This document shows, piece after piece, positions 60,421 to 64,000 of a stretch of DNA of 64,000 nt. A program made the position numbers and the translations under genes. Source of the DNA: Candidatus Latescibacterota bacterium (GTDB taxonomy: Bacteria; Latescibacterota; UBA2968; UBA8231). The notes beneath the pieces are model-generated. The model worked only from the letters and a program-made list of their open reading frames with translations. It made no database searches and was not told where the DNA came from. Every line of letters starts with the position of its first letter. The stretch's first letter is position 1. The stretch is from positions 2,752,001-2,816,000 of the forward strand of contig OZ253462.1 in NCBI GenBank assembly GCA_965261395.1. The letters are read 5' to 3'.

Positions 60421-61857
60421 TTAGGGCAGTTCCACCTCGTCGCCGGTCTGCTCCTGCCAAGCGCGAATCCGCTCACTCAGTTCGCCAATCCGCGCTCGCT
60501 GCTCGGGCCGGTGGTATAAATTCTCCAACTCGTGAGGGTCCGCGTTCAAATCGTATAGCTCGCCTTGGCCCTGGCCATACAGGTTGAGTTTCCAGCCATC
60601 GGCTGCAACGATGGTGCGGAGGGGATGCACTAGGCTGCGGTTCGGCTCGGCTTCGCCGATCGAGGCCGGCGGATGGCCGTCGGCGCCGCTCCACTCGACA
60701 AACACGTCGTTGGCCGCCAAGTCGTCGCGGCCGCACAGCACCGGCACCCGGCTCTGCCCCTGCAAATGATCCGGCGCTTCTAACCCCAACAAGTCGAGCA
60801 GCGTGGGCACCAAGTCGATGTGGCTGAACTGGCCGCCGATCCGCTGTGGCTCTGCGTCTAGCATGGGGGCGCGCAGCAGCAACGGCACCTTGATCGACTC
60901 CTCGTACATCAGGGTCTTGCCCAAAATCCCGTGATCGCCCATAAGCTCGCCGTGATCCGACGTGAAAATCACAATGGTGTCGTCGGCCTTACCGCTCTCG
61001 TCCAAAGCTTGGAGGATCTTGGCCACTGAGCGATCCACCAGCGTCACATTGCCCCAATAGCGGGCCAGCAGCCCGCGCCAGCCAGCCTCGGTCTGCAAGT
61101 CCAACCCGTAGTTTTCCGAAGCCGAGTAAAAGGCCGCCATCAGCCGCACGATCAAGGGCGCGTCGTCCGGCGGGGGCTGTCTAAAGCTCGGCCCGGTCGG
61201 CAGGGTCTCCGGGTCGTAATACTCGTTGAGCGGCCCGGTGTGCGGCGGATGCGGCTCCAGATAGCTGACGCACAGCGCAAAGGGCGCGTCGCCGCGCTGG
61301 CGGATGTACTCTGCGGCTTGGTCGCCCAAAAACGCCGCCTTGGTATATTCCTCCGGCATGGAGGCCTCGGCGTGGCGCGAGAACACGCGCTGGCCGAGGT
61401 TGTCCGCGTCGGGCGCAAACCCCTGCTCGACCAAGAAGTGGTGATACGGGCTGAGCACATCCAGCCGCTCCGGCGCGGAATAGCCACGCCGGTACGAGTC
61501 TTCGCTGCCGACCCACGTTGCAAATCCGTGCTGGGGAAAAATCTCATCCCCCAAGTGCCATTTGCCCATAAAGGCCGTCTGATATTCCGGCGGCAGCATC
61601 TCGGCAAAGGTCGGCACCTCGGCGCGCAGCGGCACATTGCACGCGGGCACGCCGGCGGTGTGCGGCCACAGACCGGTCAACATGGTGGCCCGCGCCGGGC
61701 TGCACACCGGCTGGCTCACATAGGCATTTTCAAAGACAAAGCCGTCCGCAGCCAGCGCGTCGAGGGCTGGGGTCTCGATCTGCTCGTTGCCGTAGCAGCG
61801 CAGCGTATCCACGCGCTGCTGATCGGTGAAAATGTAGAGTAGGTTGGGACGTCCCAT
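60421..61857 (-). CDS. Sulfatase
   Basis: PNLLYIFTDQQR, CSPARATMLTG, GKWHLG, SDHGE. Confidence 0.94.
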   Translation of the reverse strand: MGRPNLLYIFTDQQRVDTLRCYGNEQIETPALDALAADGFVFENAYVSQPVCSPARATMLTGLWPHTAGVPACNVPLRAEVPTFAEMLPPEYQTAFMGKWHLGDEIFPQHGFATWVGSEDSYRRGYSAPERLDVLSPYHHFLVEQGFAPDADNLGQRVFSRHAEASMPEEYTKAAFLGDQAAEYIRQRGDAPFALCVSYLEPHPPHTGPLNEYYDPETLPTGPSFRQPPPDDAPLIVRLMAAFYSASENYGLDLQTEAGWRGLLARYWGNVTLVDRSVAKILQALDESGKADDTIVIFTSDHGELMGDHGILGKTLMYEESIKVPLLLRAPMLDAEPQRIGGQFSHIDLVPTLLDLLGLEAPDHLQGQSRVPVLCGRDDLAANDVFVEWSGADGHPPASIGEAEPNRSLVHPLRTIVAADGWKLNLYGQGQGELYDLNADPHELENLYHRPEQRARIGELSERIRAWQEQTGDEVELP

Positions 61858-61873
61858 AAAATTTCTCCATTCC

Positions 61874-62926
61874 CTATCCCGGCTGATCCCCGCGCCGATT
61901 TGCCTGCGAGCGCGGCGTCAGGTCAAAGTAGGTCTGGTGGCCCGAAAAAAAGCGCTCCAATTCATCGACCATGAGGCGGAAAAAATGCGGGTATTCGTCG
62001 CCCGTGCGTCCGGAAAAGTGCGGAGTCAAAAACACGTTGGGCAGATCGATAATCTCACTGTCGGCCGGGATTGGCTCCGGGTCGAAGACATCCAAGGCCG
62101 CGACAATGTCGCCGCGCTTGAGGCGTTCGATCAGGGCCGCAGAGTCGAAGATCGGCCCACGCGAGACGTTCACCAAAGCCGCGCCCGACGGAATGAGTTC
62201 CAACTCGCGTTGGCCAATCATGCCCTTGGTCTGCGGCGTCAGCGGCGCAACGCAGACAATCGCATCGCACTGCGACAGCACGTTGTCCAGCGACGTTAGC
62301 AAAAAGCCCAACGCCTCGGCCAGCTCCTGCGGCAGGTACGGATCGTGCACCCACAGCTCGACCTCAAAGGGCCGTAACAGCTTCATCAGCCGCCGCCCCA
62401 TGTGGCCGCCGCCAATCAACCCCACCCGCTTGCCCGTGAGCATCCCTGCCATCGGCTCAATGGTGGACCCGTTTGTATCCCTGGAGAGGATGCGGCGGAA
62501 TAGCGCGCCGGCATTGCGCATGGCAATCAGCGTCAGCGCCAAGGCCCACTCGGCCACCGGATAGGACGAGCCATTGGTCGTATCCACGGTGCGGATGCCC
62601 CGCGCCCAAGCCGCATCCAAGTCAATGCGCGTGGCAAAGCGGTCGCCTTCCAATTCGCCGATGAGGCGCAGCCGGGGGGCGGCTGCCAAAATGGATTCCC
62701 CAATCTTCGGCGCGCCATGACAGATGACGAGCGCATCCACCGCGTCTATTTCCTCTGCCAACTGCGCAATGGCCTCGGCGTCTTCGCTGGCGTGGTAAAT
62801 GTTGCCGCCCTCGCAGGCAAACCACGCCCAATCGGCAACCTGCTCTAGGCGCGTCAGCTCCTCTGGCGACAGGTAGCCATGGCGCACCCGCTCGCTACAG
62901 GCGATTAGTACTTGTGGACGATTCAT
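61874..62926 (-). CDS. D-isomer-specific 2-hydroxyacid dehydrogenase
   Basis: VAEWAL, GLIGGGHMG, PLTPQTKGMI, VNVSRG, ALDVFDPEP, TPHFSG. Confidence 0.92.
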   Translation of the reverse strand: MNRPQVLIACSERVRHGYLSPEELTRLEQVADWAWFACEGGNIYHASEDAEAIAQLAEEIDAVDALVICHGAPKIGESILAAAPRLRLIGELEGDRFATRIDLDAAWARGIRTVDTTNGSSYPVAEWALALTLIAMRNAGALFRRILSRDTNGSTIEPMAGMLTGKRVGLIGGGHMGRRLMKLLRPFEVELWVHDPYLPQELAEALGFLLTSLDNVLSQCDAIVCVAPLTPQTKGMIGQRELELIPSGAALVNVSRGPIFDSAALIERLKRGDIVAALDVFDPEPIPADSEIIDLPNVFLTPHFSGRTGDEYPHFFRLMVDELERFFSGHQTYFDLTPRSQANRRGDQPG

Positions 62927-63013
62927 TAATTCCTCCCTTGGTGGATGATGGCGGTTCGCAAAGCAGAAAGCTAAATAGCATATTTACGACCGCCCCACAA
63001 CACTGGAGATGCC

Positions 63014-63790
63014 ATGCTCGCCCTCGAACCCATTGCACCGGACGCCATTGACCGCGCCGCGGCCCTCTTTCACCGCGACGGTTTTGCCGTTGTCACCGAC
63101 GCGCTGACTGACGAACAATTTGCCTATCTCACGGAAGGTGCACACCGCGTCGTTGCCGAGCAGACCGCCGCCATTCCGTTAGAAAAAGCCAACCGGGGCT
63201 TTGCGCGCTATTCCTTTGGCTCGCAGATCCACCATCCCGAATGGGCCATGCTCGCGGACTTGCCGACCATTTTGCCCATTATCGAAGCCATTTTTGCCAG
63301 CGACCAGTTTATATGCAGTGGTGCCGGCGGCGATTATTCCCTGCCCGGCGCAAAAATCCAGCACCTGCACCGCGACATGTCCGACGTGATTGGCGACCCT
63401 GAGCAGCGCGTCACCATCCTGGACGTGCCCACGCCCTTTATCGTCGTCAACTTTCCCATGATCGATTTTAGTGCGGAAAACGGAGCCACGCGCTTCATTC
63501 GCGGCACCCACCGCTCGCGCCAACCCATTCCCAGCCTCGCAGACGAACCCGCCTGGATGCAGCACTCTATCGCCTGTGCGCCGGCCCGCTCGGCCCTCAT
63601 TCGGGATGTGCGCTGTTGGCACGGCGGCACAGCCAACACCTCTGAAGACGTGCGCATTATGACGAGCGTCGGCTATTATGCGCCCTGGTTTCGCCGACCC
63701 CAAGGAGATGGGGAAATGCCCCGCGCCCTGTACGATGATCTTTCAGAACGCGGCAAGACACTGTGCCGTTACATTGTTGCGTTAGACTGA
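63014..63790 (+). CDS. PhyH-family dioxygenase
   Basis: FHRDGF, QHLHRD, ENGATRFIRGTH, RDVRCWHGGTAN. Confidence 0.9.
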   Translation: MLALEPIAPDAIDRAAALFHRDGFAVVTDALTDEQFAYLTEGAHRVVAEQTAAIPLEKANRGFARYSFGSQIHHPEWAMLADLPTILPIIEAIFASDQFICSGAGGDYSLPGAKIQHLHRDMSDVIGDPEQRVTILDVPTPFIVVNFPMIDFSAENGATRFIRGTHRSRQPIPSLADEPAWMQHSIACAPARSALIRDVRCWHGGTANTSEDVRIMTSVGYYAPWFRRPQGDGEMPRALYDDLSERGKTLCRYIVALD

Positions 63791-64000
63791 GTTTTGGAGA
63801 ATCGTTTTCACGTCTAGCCGGTGAGTCTCCACAAACCGGATACTTGTCTCTTCTTCTCCCAACTTCAGCGGCACCTCAAGATCGTCCGAATCCTTCAAAG
63901 CATCATGCAGATTATTTTGGGCAATTGTAGTTTCTTGGTACTTTATAAATTCTTTGTACTTTGCGGTGCATACTGGACATAACGCCAAATATTGAGCTGC
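63782..64000 (-). CDS. C-terminus of a low-GC hypothetical protein (HNH-like LALCPxC), 5' off window
   Basis: AAQYLALCPVCTAKYKEF...IRFVETH; open to the window edge. Confidence 0.55.
   Translation of the reverse strand, partial: AAQYLALCPVCTAKYKEFIKYQETTIAQNNLHDALKDSDDLEVPLKLGEEETSIRFVETHRLDVKTILQNSV

Noticed and set aside
1-64000. tRNA/rRNA genes, integrase, prophage genes
   Set aside because: No recognisable signatures were found.

Overview
GC-rich bacterial chromosome segment. It carries many phytanoyl-CoA dioxygenases, sulfatases, Gfo/Idh/MocA oxidoreductases, enolase-superfamily enzymes and secreted proteins with an 'NYPNPFN' FlgD/T9SS-like tail. That content resembles FCB-group candidate phyla such as Latescibacterota, possibly a sponge or marine symbiont (inference). 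Three accessory blocks interrupt the catabolic backbone. (1) At 3.2-9.9 kb, a nest of IS630 and IS5-family elements sits in what looks like an integrase-less integron cassette array, with one clean attC-bounded DUF433/DUF5615 toxin-antitoxin cassette. (2) At 13.3-28 kb, a complete type I-G (I-U) CRISPR-Cas locus (cas3-cas8g-cas7-csb2-cas4/1-cas2, 19 repeats/18 spacers) is flanked by vapBC and by an AAA-ATPase/PD-(D/E)XK gene bracketed by 43-bp direct repeats. (3) At 41.4-46.4 kb there is a PIN TA pair, a frameshifted type ISP/IIG-like R-M gene and an HExxH ORF. The most notable observations are an ACT-like insertion of about 75 aa inside the Cas3 HD nuclease, two spacer pairs that hit the same loci of diverging invaders, a terminal spacer containing a perfect REP-like palindrome, and the attC cassettes. 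All calls come from reading motifs by eye; no database searches were run.
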